Assembly (NCBI RefSeq): GCF_009914755.1
Contig: NC_060928.1
Reading direction: 5' to 3' (one strand)
Length of the DNA: 64,000 nt
From: the human T2T-CHM13v2.0 reference genome, Homo sapiens
Both the position numbers and the translations under genes were made by a program. Below, piece by piece: positions 27,757 through 40,441 of this stretch (the stretch's first letter is position 1; every line of letters begins with the position of its first letter). The notes under the pieces are model-generated. The model ran no database searches. It saw only the letters and a program-made list of their open reading frames with translations, and was not told the origin of the DNA.

Positions 27757-30700
27757 ATGGCAGGATTAAGTCCTTAGTTATAAATAAACATTAGAGTAAA
27801 TAAACTAAACTCTCCAATCAAAAGACAATGTTGCTGAAAGGATTACAAAACCAAGACCCAATGATCTGTTTCCTACAAGAAACATACTTCTCATATAAAA
27901 ACACACAGAGACTAAATAAAGGAATGGAAAAATATATCCCAAGCCAATGGAAACAGAAAAAGAGCAGGAGTCACTACAAGTATATCAGACAAAATAGATT
28001 TCAAGATTAAAACTATAAGAAGAGACAAAGAAAGTCATTATTAATGAAAAAGGGTCAATTCAGCAAGATAATATAATGATTGCAAATATATATGAGCCTA
28101 ACACTGGACTACCCAATTATAAAAAACAAATACTATTACAGCTGAAAAGAGAGATAGGCAACCATACAATAATAGCTGGAAACATCAACACCCCACTTTC
28201 AGCATTAGGCAGTTCTTTCAGTTGGAGAATCAGAACAGAAACTTTGGACTCACTCTACACTATAGATCAAATGGATCTAATACATATTTACAGAATATTT
28301 CTTCTAACACCTGCAGAATACACATTCTTCTCTTCAGTACATAGATCATTCTCAAGTATAGACTTTGTGTTTGGTCACAACATAAGTCTTAAAACATTCA
28401 AAAATAGTTGTCAAAAATCTTCACTGACTACAACAGACTAGAACTACAAATCAATAGCAAGAGGAATTGTGGTAAGTACACAAACATATGGAAATTAAGT
28501 ATGCTACTGATGACCCATGGTACAATGAAGAAGCTAAGAAGAAAATTCAAAATTTTTAGAAACAAGTGATAATGGAAACAAAACATATGAAAACTTATGA
28601 GATACAGTGAAAGCAGTAGTAAGTGGGAAGTTTATAGTTACAAGCACCCACATCAAAAAAGAAGAAATAACTTCAACAACCTAATGATACATATTCAAGA
28701 ATTAGAATAGCAAGAGCAAACCAAACCCAAAATTAGTAGATGACAAAACGTAACAAAGACCAGAGAACAAACAAAAGAAATTGAAACTAAAAAAATACAA
28801 AAGATAAATGAAATAAGATTTTTTTAAAAGGTAAATGAAATGGACAAACTTTTATTCAGACTAACTATGAAAAGGGAGAGGATACAAATAAATAAAATCA
28901 GAAATGAAAAGGAGACATTACAACGGATACCACAGAAATCAAAAGAAGCATTAGTGACTAGTATAAGCAAATATATGGCAATACTTTGGAAAATCTGGAA
29001 GAAATTGACAAATTCCTAGAACATACAATCTACCAAGATTGAACGAGAAAGAAATCCAAAACCAGAACAGTCTGATAGCAAGTAATGAGATTAAAGTCTT
29101 AATACACAGTCTCCCAGTAAAGAAAAAAAAAAGGACCCAATGGCTTCACTGCTGAATTCTACCAAACATTTAAAAAAGAATGACTACTAATCCTACTCAA
29201 ACTGCTACCAAAAATAGAGGATGATAAAATACTTCTAAACTCATTCTACAAGACCAGTATTATTACCCTGATACCAAAACCAGACAAAGAAGAAAGAAAA
29301 GAAAAGAAAAGAAAGAGAGAGGAAGGAACGAAGAAAGGAAGGAAGGGAGGGTGGGAGGGAGGGAAGGAGGGAGGGAGAAAGGAAGGAAGGAAGGAAGGGA
29401 GGGAAGGGAAAGGAAGGAAAGGGAAGGGAAAGGAAGGAAAGGGAAGGGAAAGGAAGGAAAGGGAAGGAAAGGAGGGAGGAAGGAGGGAAGGGAGGGAAAG
29501 GAAGGGAAGGAAAGGAGGGAGGAAGGAGGGGAGGGAAGGAAAGAAGGAAAGAAAAAAAAGAAGAAAGAAAGAAAGAAAAGAAGAAAGGAAGGAAGAAAGA
29601 AAGAGAAAATTAAATTATTAAATTACAGGCCAAAATAATATGATGAACATTGATGCAAAAAATCCTACACAAAATCCTAGAGAACTGAATTCAACTCTAC
29701 ATTAGAAATATCTTTAACCATCACAAAGTGAGATTTACACCTGGGATGCAAGGACGGTTCACTATATGCAAATCAATCTATGTGATACGTTATAGTAAAA
29801 GAATGAAGGACAAAGACCAAATGATCAGTTTAATTGATGCTGAAAGAGCATTTGATAAAATGCACCATCCCTTCATACATAAAAACCCTCCAAAAACTGG
29901 GTATGGAAAAAATATGCCTCAACACAAAAAAAGTCCATATGACTGACCTACAGAGTGTCATACCGAATAGGAAAAAAACTGAAAGATTTTCCTCTAGGAT
30001 AATAACAAAAGACGCCCACTTTTACCATTGTTTTTCAACCTAGTACTGGATGTATGAGTTAGAGGAATCAAACAAAAGAAAGAAATAAAGGGCATCCAAA
30101 TTGGAAAGGAAGACATAAAATCACCCTTGTTTGCAGATGATATTATCTTATATTTGGAAATACCTAGAGAATACACAAAATAACAGTTAGAACCGATAAA
30201 CAAATTCAGTAATATTGCAAGATACAAAATCAGCATAAAAAGATTAGCATTTCTATATGCCAAGAGGGAACAATCTGAAAAAGAATTCAAGAAAGTAACT
30301 TCATTTATAATAGCTACAAGTAAAATAAAATACCTAGGAATTAACTTAACAAAAGAAGTGAAAAATCACTACAATAAAAACCATAAAACATTGATACAAG
30401 AAATTAAATAGGAAAAAAGAAAGATATTTCATGTTCCTGGATTAGAAGAATCAATCAAACTATGAAACTACTAAAAGAAAACTTTGAGGATATTCTTCAG
30501 AACATTGGAGTGGGCAAATATTTCTTTAGTAATATCCCACAAGCATAGGCAACCAAAGCAAAGATAAACAAATGGGATCACATCAAGTTAAGAAGCTTCT
30601 GCATAGCAAAGGATATAATCAACAAAGTGAGGAGACAACATACAGAATGGGAGAAAATATTTGCCCATTACCCATCTGACAAGGGATTAATAACCAGAAT

Positions 30701-31370
30701 ACATAAGGTACTCAAACAACTCTATAGAGGAAAAAATCTAATAATTTGATTTAAAAATGGGCAAAAAAAACTGACTAGACATTCTTCAAAAGAAGACATA
30801 CAAATGGCAAACAGGTGCATAAAAGGGTGCTTAGCATCATTAATCATTAGAGAAATGAAAATCAAATCTACAGTGAGATATCATCTCACTCCAAATCAAA
30901 ACTACAATGAGATATCATCTCACTCCATTAAAGTGGCTTTTATCCAAACGACAGGGGATAACAAATGCTGCGGAGGATGTGAAGAGAGGGGAACCCTTGC
31001 ACACTGTCAAGGGGAGTGTAAATTAGTAAAGTCACTATGGAGAACAATTTAGAGGTTCCTCAAAAAACTGAAAATACAGCTCCATGTGATCCAGCGATCC
31101 CACTCCTACATATATACTCTCAAAAAAGGATAATCAGACCATTGAACAGATATCTGCACTCCTCTGTTTACTGCAGCGCTACTCACAATAACTAAGTGGA
31201 AGCAACCTCACTGTCCATTAACAGATGATTGGATAAAGAAAATGTGGTACATATAGACAGTGGAGTACTATTTAACCATAAAAAGAATGACATCCTGTCA
31301 TTTGCAACAACATGGATTAAACTGGAGATTATTGTGTTAAATAAAATAAGCAAGGCACAATCACAGGAAG
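27757..31370 (+). pseudogene. L1 ORF2 remnant (endonuclease / reverse transcriptase), many stops and frameshifts
   Basis: ATG at 27757. Fragments ICFLQET, NIYEPN, IIAGNINTPLS, FTPGMQG, IDAERAFDK and LFADDIILY (~30127-30153). Confidence 0.93.
29289..29608. repeat. ~320-bp polypurine (GAAA/GGAA/GGGAA) tract inside L1 ORF2
   Basis: Nearly all G and A; L1 ORF2 sequence resumes on both sides. Confidence 0.97.
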
Positions 31371-32044
31371 ACAAACTTTTCGTGTTCTCCCTTATTTTAG
31401 GAGCTATAAACTAAAACAATTGCACTCATGTAGATACAGAGTAGAAGGATGATTACCAGAGGGTGGGAAGAAAAGTGGGAGTGTGGGTGTGAAATGGGGA
31501 TGGTTAATGGGTACAAAACATAGTTGAGAAAAAATGAATAATACCTAGTATTTGCTAGCACAGCAGGGCAACTGTAGTCATAAATAATTTAATGTTACAT
31601 TTTAAAATAACTAAAAGAGGATAATTTGATTGTTTGTAACACAAAGGATAAATGATCGAGGTGATGTATACCTCATTTACGCTGATGTGGCTATAACACA
31701 TTGCATGCCTATATTAAAATATTTCATGTAATTTATAAATATATACATCTACTATGTATCCTCAGAATTTTTTTTTAAATAAACATCTTGTGTCCAAGAG
31801 TGCTCCCAGTTTTAAAGTACTGTTGTGGGAGGAAGCTGGAGAAGTGATCTGCAACCCCACACTAAGGAGGTTGGCCTTTATCTGAGGGCAATCATGGGTC
31901 AAGCAGTGAAGTGACTTGATCAGACTAAGGACTCAGTAAAATTTTCTGGCTTTGGCGAAATATTCATGTTAGGTGATAAATTTATTAAAAATTCTCCCCA
32001 AAATTAAATATGTGAAAATAAATGTCCAAAATTTTTATATAAAG

Positions 32045-32240
32045 AATAGAAGGAGCATTGAACTGGGAATCTAAAGATACAGATCGAACCCCAATTCTGT
32101 CATTTACTAATTGTATGGCCTTGGCCAAATTATTTAATATCACTTCAGATATACATTTTTACATTTGTAATTTATAGATAACAGTATATACCCTTTACAA
32201 GGTGGTTTTAAATAAAAAATAAAGTCTTGAAAGTTTTATT
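32045..32240 (+). mobile_element. MIR
   Basis: AATTCTGTCATTTACTAATTGTATGGCCTTGGCCAAATTATTTAAT core. Confidence 0.75.
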
Positions 32241-33329
32241 TTTTATGTAGGTTTTATTTGTTATTTAAAACCAAAATCATCAAGAACTAATTTTGAAAAT
32301 CATCAAGAAGAAAATATTGAATATTTTAAGAAATATAATTATGAATAAAATGCCAAAATGCCTACCAAGAAAGACAAGAGAAGCATTTTAAAACTCAAAT
32401 GCTATAAATCTATAGGGAAGAAGAAAAATATTTTCATGTTTATGATATGGGTGAAAATTCTTTGAAATGAGCTAAATCTATATACGTGAAAATTATTTCG
32501 GTATTATAAAATGTATGTTAGAGCCCACCTATTACATAGACTCTACTGTCACTTTTTATTTGTTGATAATTTTGTGTAACTTACTCCTATTTGGAACTAG
32601 AGACCCCTCAATTACAGTTTATAATTAACTATTACTGCTACTTGTAGCTATAATGGCATTTATCTAACAAAATTAAAATTATAGTGAGATTACAACTATT
32701 GGCTTATGGTCCAAATCAACATGACATCTTGACTCATTTTTCTTTAAAAATTGATTTAATATTATTTTTTCATAGGCACATTGTATGTCACTTTATATAT
32801 TTTTAGAATAAGCAGATGATTAATAAAGTCATTAGGATCATTAACATGTATTGACTAACCAAATGGTAGGAACACTATACTTTAAGTCAGATGTAAACAG
32901 CTGTGTTTTCTAAAAATGAGTAAAATAAGATGCACATATTTCTTCAAAATTAAATAGCTAAAAAAATCCCATTAAAGACACATATACTGTATTAAAGATT
33001 CTTATTTATAAAACCTGGTTCTACATGCTGTGACAGTCACGATGTCATTACGGCATTGTCTCTGACCTTCACATACTCAGGATTTAGTGAAGGATTCTAT
33101 CACACACATACACAAATCCCTCTCTCAAGAATGGAGGATTTTTTTTATAAGCATGAAAAGGGCAGAGAAATGTGAGAGAGTTTGAAAGATAGAATTTAAA
33201 GAATTTGAACCTTACTTGACAGAGAATGGAGAGTGAGGCAGAGAGTAAAAGTTCAAGATTTGAGAGCTTGCAGGATACAGTCAAATAAAGTATCATTAAA
33301 TAATATTCAAAATTAGAGAATATGATTAT

Positions 33330-33900
33330 ATTTAAGGTAAAAGGTGGATTGGAAAATAAAGTGAGCCCTATTTAGATAAACTGTATTTGAAAAGGTTGGA
33401 GACAACTATGGTAAAATGTTTAACAGACTTTTAGAAATGCAGGTCTTGTGTTCCGGAATGAGAGAAGGAATAGAAGCATGGACTTTGGCATTAGCCACCC
33501 GAAGGTGATATTTGAAGTCTTGCGATTAAAAAAAAAAAAACTTGTAAATGGAGAGAAGCCTACATTCAAAAGGTGGGAAAATTAAAGTAGAGTGCAAACA
33601 GGAGTACCAAGGGAGTGCAGTGTCATAGAAACCAAGAGAAAAGAAAACTTCCAGAAGAATGAAGTAGCTTAGTACTGAAGGTAGATTTAAAATAAACTTA
33701 AAAGTAGCCATGAAATTTTAACAAAATGACTCTTTTTAAAGGGATAATTTTAGAGATTAAGCCCAAAACAAAACTAACGCATATACTGAAAGGAAAGTAA
33801 ATAAATTTTGGAATGTGTGGAGCAAAACGGACAGAGGAATAAATCACCTTTTTCATTGTTAAAACCAGAGAAAAATTCACAAGTTTGGTAATAGTTTTAA
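33330..33900 (-). mobile_element. L2 fragment
   Basis: GA-rich antisense L2 motifs (GGAGTGCAGTGTCATAGAAACCAAGAGAAAAG). Confidence 0.6.
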
Positions 33901-33930
33901 GACTCAATTGGAGGAAGAAAAGAGAGAAGC

Positions 33931-34236
33931 AGTCTGGATGCGGTGGCTCATGCCTGTAATCCCAGCACTTAGGGAGGCCGAGGCGGGCGGATCACCTGAG
34001 GTCGGGAGTTCGAAACCAGCCTGACCAACATGGAGAAACCCCGTCTCTACTAAAAATACAAAAAAATTAGCCGGGCTTGGTGGCACATGCCTGTAATCCC
34101 AGCTACTAGGGAGGCTAAGCCAGGAGAATCGCTTGAACCTGGGAGGCGGAGGTGGCGGTGAGCCGAGATGGCGCCATTTTACTCCAGCCTCGGCAACAAG
34201 AGTGAAACTCCGTCTCAAAAAAAAAAAAAAGAAAAA
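33931..34236 (+). mobile_element. AluSp
   Basis: GAGGTCGGGAGTTC and CCTGACCAACATGGAGAAACCCC diagnostics; TSD GAAAAG(A/G)GAGAAGC. Confidence 0.95.
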
Positions 34237-34329
34237 GAAAAGGGAGAAGCTAGAGATTGACAGTGAGGCTATTCCAAGAATAAGAATAGCATGAGATTCA
34301 ATTTTCATCCTATATTTTTGTATATGTAC

Positions 34330-34880
34330 TTATAAACAGATCTATAAAATTACACTCTACTCTTAGTAAAAATAATGGCTACCCTTCTGAAGGATTATTG
34401 TCTTCAGGAAGCATCCAATAAATGTTAGGTATAATTTTGTTTTAGGCATGTTTTTGAAGGTGTTGCACGTATTGTCTTATTTAATCGTCACAAAAACCCT
34501 CTGGGAAAAGTACTAACGTCATCTCAAAATCATAGATGAAGAAACTTGAGGCTTAGAGATTTTAGTATGGTTCAACAATTTACAGTGCAGACTTTCAGGA
34601 ATCAGAACTTAAGTTATTATATTACTGGCTAATTCTCTGCTGTCTTCCTGATATATTCTTTGATGAGTTTACTGAATTGCTTCTTCTTCTTCTTTTTCAT
34701 GTTTAATTACATCCTAAAACTTTGGAACTAAAAAGCGTTGCTATTGCTCTACTCCAATCCTTGTTTTACAGATGAAAAAACCACGGCCTACTAGAATCTC
34801 TTTAACTTACCCAGGATCACCGACCTGAATGCAAAATACCAAGAATCATAGTTCTGCCACTCCTAATTTTCTTCTCTTTA
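34330..34880. mobile_element. Cluster of MIR fragments in both orientations
   Basis: ATTTAATCGTCACAAAAACCCT...AGATGAAGAAACTTGAGGCTTAGAG and TTTTACAGATGAAAAAAC...TAACTTACCCAGGATCAC. Confidence 0.65.
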
Positions 34881-36738
34881 ACTTCTATTTTAACTTGTCA
34901 TAAAATGGCTTCTGAAGTTTGAATTCTTACTTGGGGACTTAATGGTTTTGACAGAATGGGAGGTTAGTTTATATAACTAATAATGTAACATATGTAGATC
35001 ATAATTTCCCCTAATATTTCATTTTGCAGTTTGCACTTACCCATCTTTCTTCTTACTGTCTGCATCTATTTTTCCAGTGTTTCTTGAGTTTGTGTATGTA
35101 CATGTTTTACCTATATCAAAGTGGCATTACGAGCCTTAGACTGTAAATTTCCAGAATACAGGGGCTATATACAGAGTAATGAAATTTTGTTTAGCTCCAA
35201 ATTTAGTCAATATTCAAGGCCTAACCTTGAATATTGAAAACAAATGACCTAGATTCTACATTGGGTTCTATTCCTGTTATCAACTGGACAACTTTAGACA
35301 ATTCACTTAACCTTCCAATTGCCTTATCTCTAAAAGAAGAAAGATTAAATCATAACAATAATTATATAAAGAGACTAATATTTATCATATATACTTTTTA
35401 TGGACTTTAAAATCAGAAAATAAGAAAATAAATACTAAAAATTTTGTGGAATGGAAAATGCATTTCAATTTAAAATGTGAAAATGGATGGATCAAAAAGA
35501 GTGATGGGAGGATTGAGGTGGGATGCAATGGAAGGCATTTAAATGTAGAGTTTTCTGCTCAAAAGACACATGAGCTATGAGTTAATTTTGTCTTCATCTC
35601 AAAGGCAAACAAAATCATAGACTCTTAGCAATCAAAGGGTCTTAAAGATTATTATATCAGCCTCCTTCTTTGATAATTCAAGGAGCTAAGACTTTGACAA
35701 ATAAGATCACCAGTCACAAAATTAGAAGTAACACTGATATTCTGATTGTCAATATTGTTTTTTAAAGTACTACACTGTCTCACAGAGACAAGCAAATAAC
35801 ACAGTCACAGTGTGTATAAGGAAAACAGATAAGTGGTTGGTAGTTGTTTCCCATTCACTCATCAATTCAAATGACTGACATTCAAAATCTACTCCAGGCA
35901 ATACACTAACAATGTCAGATAAAAGACACATCATCCAGTACTTATTGAAAATTGCTAATGATTGTAAAATCCCTGAATAGTACAGTGTACAGTAATGTAA
36001 ATACTTGGTTAATCAAAGTTCCAATAACCCAAAACACTACATTCCACTTTGTGATTAATAGCTATCTACCTTCCTGGTGCCCCCTGCAACTTGAGAAATA
36101 TGAAGATGCACTTTGCCAGAGTTGACAGCATCCTCTCATCTGACACCAAAACAAAGAAAAATGTGTTCCCCAGATGTATTAACAGCAACATCTGGTCCTA
36201 TTAATGCAGGAAAAAAACATAATCCTCTGAAAAGCAAATGCATAATATATACTCCAAGGCTGGTACATATCTTGCATTTCAATGTGACACAAGTTTCAGC
36301 TTGCTTATGATTTGACTTTAGTCTCTGATTTAAAGGTTGCCAGCTGCAACAAGAGTATTTGGAGGTGCCAACCTGGGACCACAGATAAGTCATTCTAGTA
36401 TGAATGTTTGCTCTTGCTGAACATCAGGATTCTACAAGTCAATACAACGTGAGGGAGAATGTCATTATGCTTAAAGATGTTCAATTATAGATTCAAATGC
36501 ATCTGCTATTCATCACTTTTAATCATTGTCATTGTCTGATAAGAGCACCAAAAAAGGAAAGATAAGTTGATGCTAATGAATCTCAGTCTCCAAAAACATT
36601 CCATTTCTCAACCATTTTCAGAGGGGAAAAACTAGATCAAGTGGTATCTTGTGTACCTTCTAATAACACAAGCTTGCCGAGAAATAAATATTGCATAATG
36701 CTAAAAATAAAAAAAAAAAGCCTTTAAAATTTATTTTT

Positions 36739-37020
36739 AGTCAGGTGTAGTGGCTTGTACCTGTAATCCCAGCACTTTGGGAGTCCAACGTGGGAGAATT
36801 ACTTGAGCCCAGGAGATTGAAAGCAACGTGGGCAACATAGTGAGACCCTATTTCTACCAAAAAAAAAAAAATATGCTTGGTGGAACAAGCCTGTAGTTCC
36901 AATTATTCAAGGAGCTGAGGTGAGAGAAGCACTTGAGCCTGGGAGGTGGAGGCTGAAGTGAGCCATGATTGCACCACTGCACTCCAGCCTTGGTGACAGA
37001 GCTGAGACCCTGCCTCAGAA
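36739..37020 (+). mobile_element. AluJ
   Basis: CTTGAGCCCAGGAG and GGGCAACATAGTGAGACCC (J diagnostics). Confidence 0.9.
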
Positions 37021-37029
37021 AAATATATT

Positions 37030-37148
37030 TTTAAATTTTTTATTTCTTTGCAGATGGAATCTTGCTAGGGTAGAATAAAACTCCTTGGCTCAAGGGATCC
37101 TCCTGTCTCAGCCTCTGAGACTTAGAGGCACATCCCACTGCACGTGGG
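37030..37148 (-). mobile_element. Alu monomer (FLAM-like), tail-to-tail with the preceding AluJ
   Basis: CTCCTTGGCTCAAGGGATCCTCCTGTCTCAGCCTC after a T-rich tail. Confidence 0.7.
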
Positions 37149-38310
37149 TATTTTAAATTTATTTATTTATTATTTATTTATTTATTATTTTTTGCTAAAG
37201 AAATTCACAAATCCTCAACCTGATCTTCCATAAGTTTTAGGGTAAAATACAACATAGGTATTGTAACTTTATTTTTTTTTTATAAAATAAAATTAGTGAT
37301 TTGAGAAGCCTTTTAGAATTGCAATGCCCTATTAGTTATCAATTTTTATTTTGAGGAGCTGGTGAATGGACCAAGAATAATAAGGTAAATCAGCTAATTT
37401 CCATAAAAAAGTTCTCCCAGATAATTTCTATTAGCTTTATTGTGTGATTTATTTCCCCTTTTAGAATGCATTCCTCTGCATTGGAGAAGATTTAATAACC
37501 CAGCAAAAATTACCTTAATCATTTGTATAGGTTGCTGTCTTCTTTATATCTACCTGTGATTATGTTTCTACCAGAAATAAGGACTTTGGAGAAAAGAAGA
37601 AAGGAAAGTCACTGTATGTCTGATATGGAATATCTGAAACTGTAGCACATTATTCACCAATACTGTAGGAGCATATGATAAAACAAACAAAAAGACCCAC
37701 TGAAACAAACAGTGGTAAATGAAATGGTAAATATTTCAGTTACCATTTAAATTAGGCTACATGCCATTGATTAAGACCATGTAGTTTGACTAAAACTTAA
37801 TTGTCAAAACATGTTTAAATCAGCTTAATTACTTTTTGAGATAGTCTCAAAAAAAATGAAATAAGAAAATTCCTGAATTTTTGCCACATTAGTGTTTAAA
37901 GCATCAGTTCATGACTGTTATCCTAATGAGAGTAAATGAAGTCTAATTTAATGAGTTAAAGTCTATTTTTCTATCATATTTCTTTTTGCATAAATACTAC
38001 TGTGAGCATAAAACTCTTCCAAGAATGTAATGACAAAGTAGACTATTTTATCATTTTTACCTCTGCTGACAGAGGATAAAGAATTATGTCCCTCTACCCC
38101 CAAGAAATTTGAAGAACTTCATCTATGACCAAATACTTCGGACTAAGGCCTAACTTGAAGGACAATATCTCTGATTACTATGAAAGCACATTCATGTTCC
38201 AACAATACGTATACCCGGCCCTTCACACACACAGGCACACATACACATATACATACAACATACTAAAAGCTTATACAATAGTAAGAGGATGATAATTATG
38301 AAAGATAGGT

Positions 38311-38602
38311 TTCTTTTTTTTTTTTTGAAACAGTCTCTCTCTGTCACCCAGACTAGAGTGCAGTGGCGCGATCTTGGCTCACTGCAACCACCACCTTCCG
38401 GGTTCAAGCAATTCTCTGCTTCAGCTTGCCAAGTAGCTGGGATTACAGGCGCCCACCACCAGGCCTGGCTAATTTTTGTATTTTTGGTAGAGACGGGGTT
38501 TCACTATATTGGCCAGGCTGGTCTTGAACTCCTGATCTCATGATCCACCCACCTCAGCCTCCCAAATTGCTGGGATTACAGACGTGAGCCACCACTCCAG
38601 TC
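38311..38602 (-). mobile_element. AluS (Sg/Sc-like)
   Basis: Poly(T), then GAGTGCAGTGGCGCGATCTTGGCTCACTGCAACC...GCTGGGATTACAGACGTGAGCCACC. Confidence 0.95.
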
Positions 38603-40138
38603 CTCATTTTTTTAATGACCAATTTTTCCAATAGCTGTTACAGATTCTGAAAAACCTGATCTATAAACATATCTGTAAAATGGAGTGCTGCATGAGTCTA
38701 ACAAAACATTGAATTGCAGTTAAGATCGTCACTTTGGCATACAAAGGACAAGTAAGATAATATCACTAAATGGACTTGCTTGAAGCTGAAATGACCAAGG
38801 AACAGAAGGCAAAAGAACTTAATACCACACAGCATATGAAAGAATTGTGAACCGTTTGAGTCTATTTCACTTATTAATGTTAAATTTAAAGAAAGATCTA
38901 ATAATATAGTTGTTCTGTAATATAAAAAATGGTTGCTGATTATCACACAAATATAATATTTAGGCATTGTGCTAATCTTTCCCGTGTTATAGATGTGGAA
39001 AACAGAATAAAATACATACAATAATTTGGTCATGTTAAAGACATTAAATACCACGAATGGGATTCAGAAAACTGTGTAAAGTGTAAATCCCTACCACAAC
39101 TCACTTGCCTTCACTATGGATCCTGTTTGAGTATAATACATAAAATAACTTTTCTAGATATTTCACAGATCATTGTTTTTCACATTGAGGTAGTGTTCAC
39201 ACTGACAGTAATTTATTATTTTATTCAAAATGTTGTCCCTGTACTATTTAACACGAGGTGTAAAGCCAAAAATCATGGGACTTGTCCATATAGAACATTT
39301 CTTGTTTGATTGGCTTTTGTTTTTTCACGAAACAAATAGTTGTCAATAGAATAATTGAATAGATATACAAATGGTGTAACCAGCATAAAGGAAAAGAGTA
39401 GGTTAACTGGAGAGTGAATAACAGGAAAACTTTAATTCAGATTGAGAACCCAGGGAAAGTCACATTTTAACAAAGTGGCATTTAATAAATTGTCCAATGA
39501 AAAGCAGGGAATGAGACAAGGGAACAGTGAATAAAAGGAGGCTAGAGAGAGGAAAAAGTGGCTGTGAAATCTGAGTTTGAAAAAAAAATGGCCTATTCAA
39601 CAAAATAAACACATTTAAAAGAAGAAGAAACAGAACCAGACATTAGATCATACTGATGGGAAGAGTTTATCAAGTAATGAGGTTGAATGTATTGGGGGAG
39701 AGAAACAAGAGTAATTATGACTGCAGGTGAGAAACTTAAATATAGCAACCATTCATAAGGAAGATGGTGGAAGAGAGGACAGGAAGGATGAAATAAGAGA
39801 CACACAGGTTTTTTGGTATTCGAGCCACATTGACAAGAGAAGACCATCAGATTAATTTTGGTTAGCAGTCACACTCTTTCACAATGGGCATTTAAAAATT
39901 CAAAGGCTATTGTCATACTAAGGACCCTTAAATCAAGCATGTGCTGTCAATAAGCACTTTCAGTAGAAATTGATTTTAAACAAGACAAAGTGCATTGGCT
40001 AGAACTATTTTAATGGAGGATATAATCAAAATGTTTAGTGTTTAGTTGCATATGTTGACTTACTCTTTTCTAATGCTCATGAATGTAGTTATACAGAGAG
40101 AAAGTGAATCAAATAATATGATTAAAAATATCTCAAAA

Positions 40139-40441
40139 TGCCAGGCAGGGTGTCTGACACCTGTAATGCCAGCACTTTGGGAGGGTGAGACAGGAGGATC
40201 ACTTGAGTCCAGGAGTTCGAGACCAGCCTGGGCAAAATAGGGAAACCCTGTCTCTAAAAAAAATTTAAAAAAAATTAGCTGGGCATAGTGGTGTGCTCCT
40301 ATATTCCCAGCTACTTGGATGGCTGAGGTGGAAGGTTTGCTTGAGTCTGGGAGGTCAAGGCTACAGTGAGCCATGATCACGCTACTGCACTCCAACCTGG
40401 GTGACCGAGTAAGACCCTGTTTCAAACATATATATATATAT
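40139..40441 (+). mobile_element. AluJ with an (AT)n tail
   Basis: GGAGGATCACTTGAGTCCAGGAGTTCG and GTCAAGGCTACAGTGAGCCATGATC. Confidence 0.92.

Noticed and set aside
29351-29638. 95-aa G/R/K/E-rich ORF
   Set aside because: Translation of the polypurine tract.
27757-31370. Reverse transcriptase / endonuclease as a novel system
   Set aside because: Ordinary decayed LINE-1 ORF2 with stops, frameshifts, a deletion and a repeat expansion.
33904-34308. 134-aa ORF and similar ORFs at 16069, 19322, 38289, 40060, 47115 and 57326
   Set aside because: Alu-derived reading frames (e.g. [18 protein letters not shown]); not evidence of genes.
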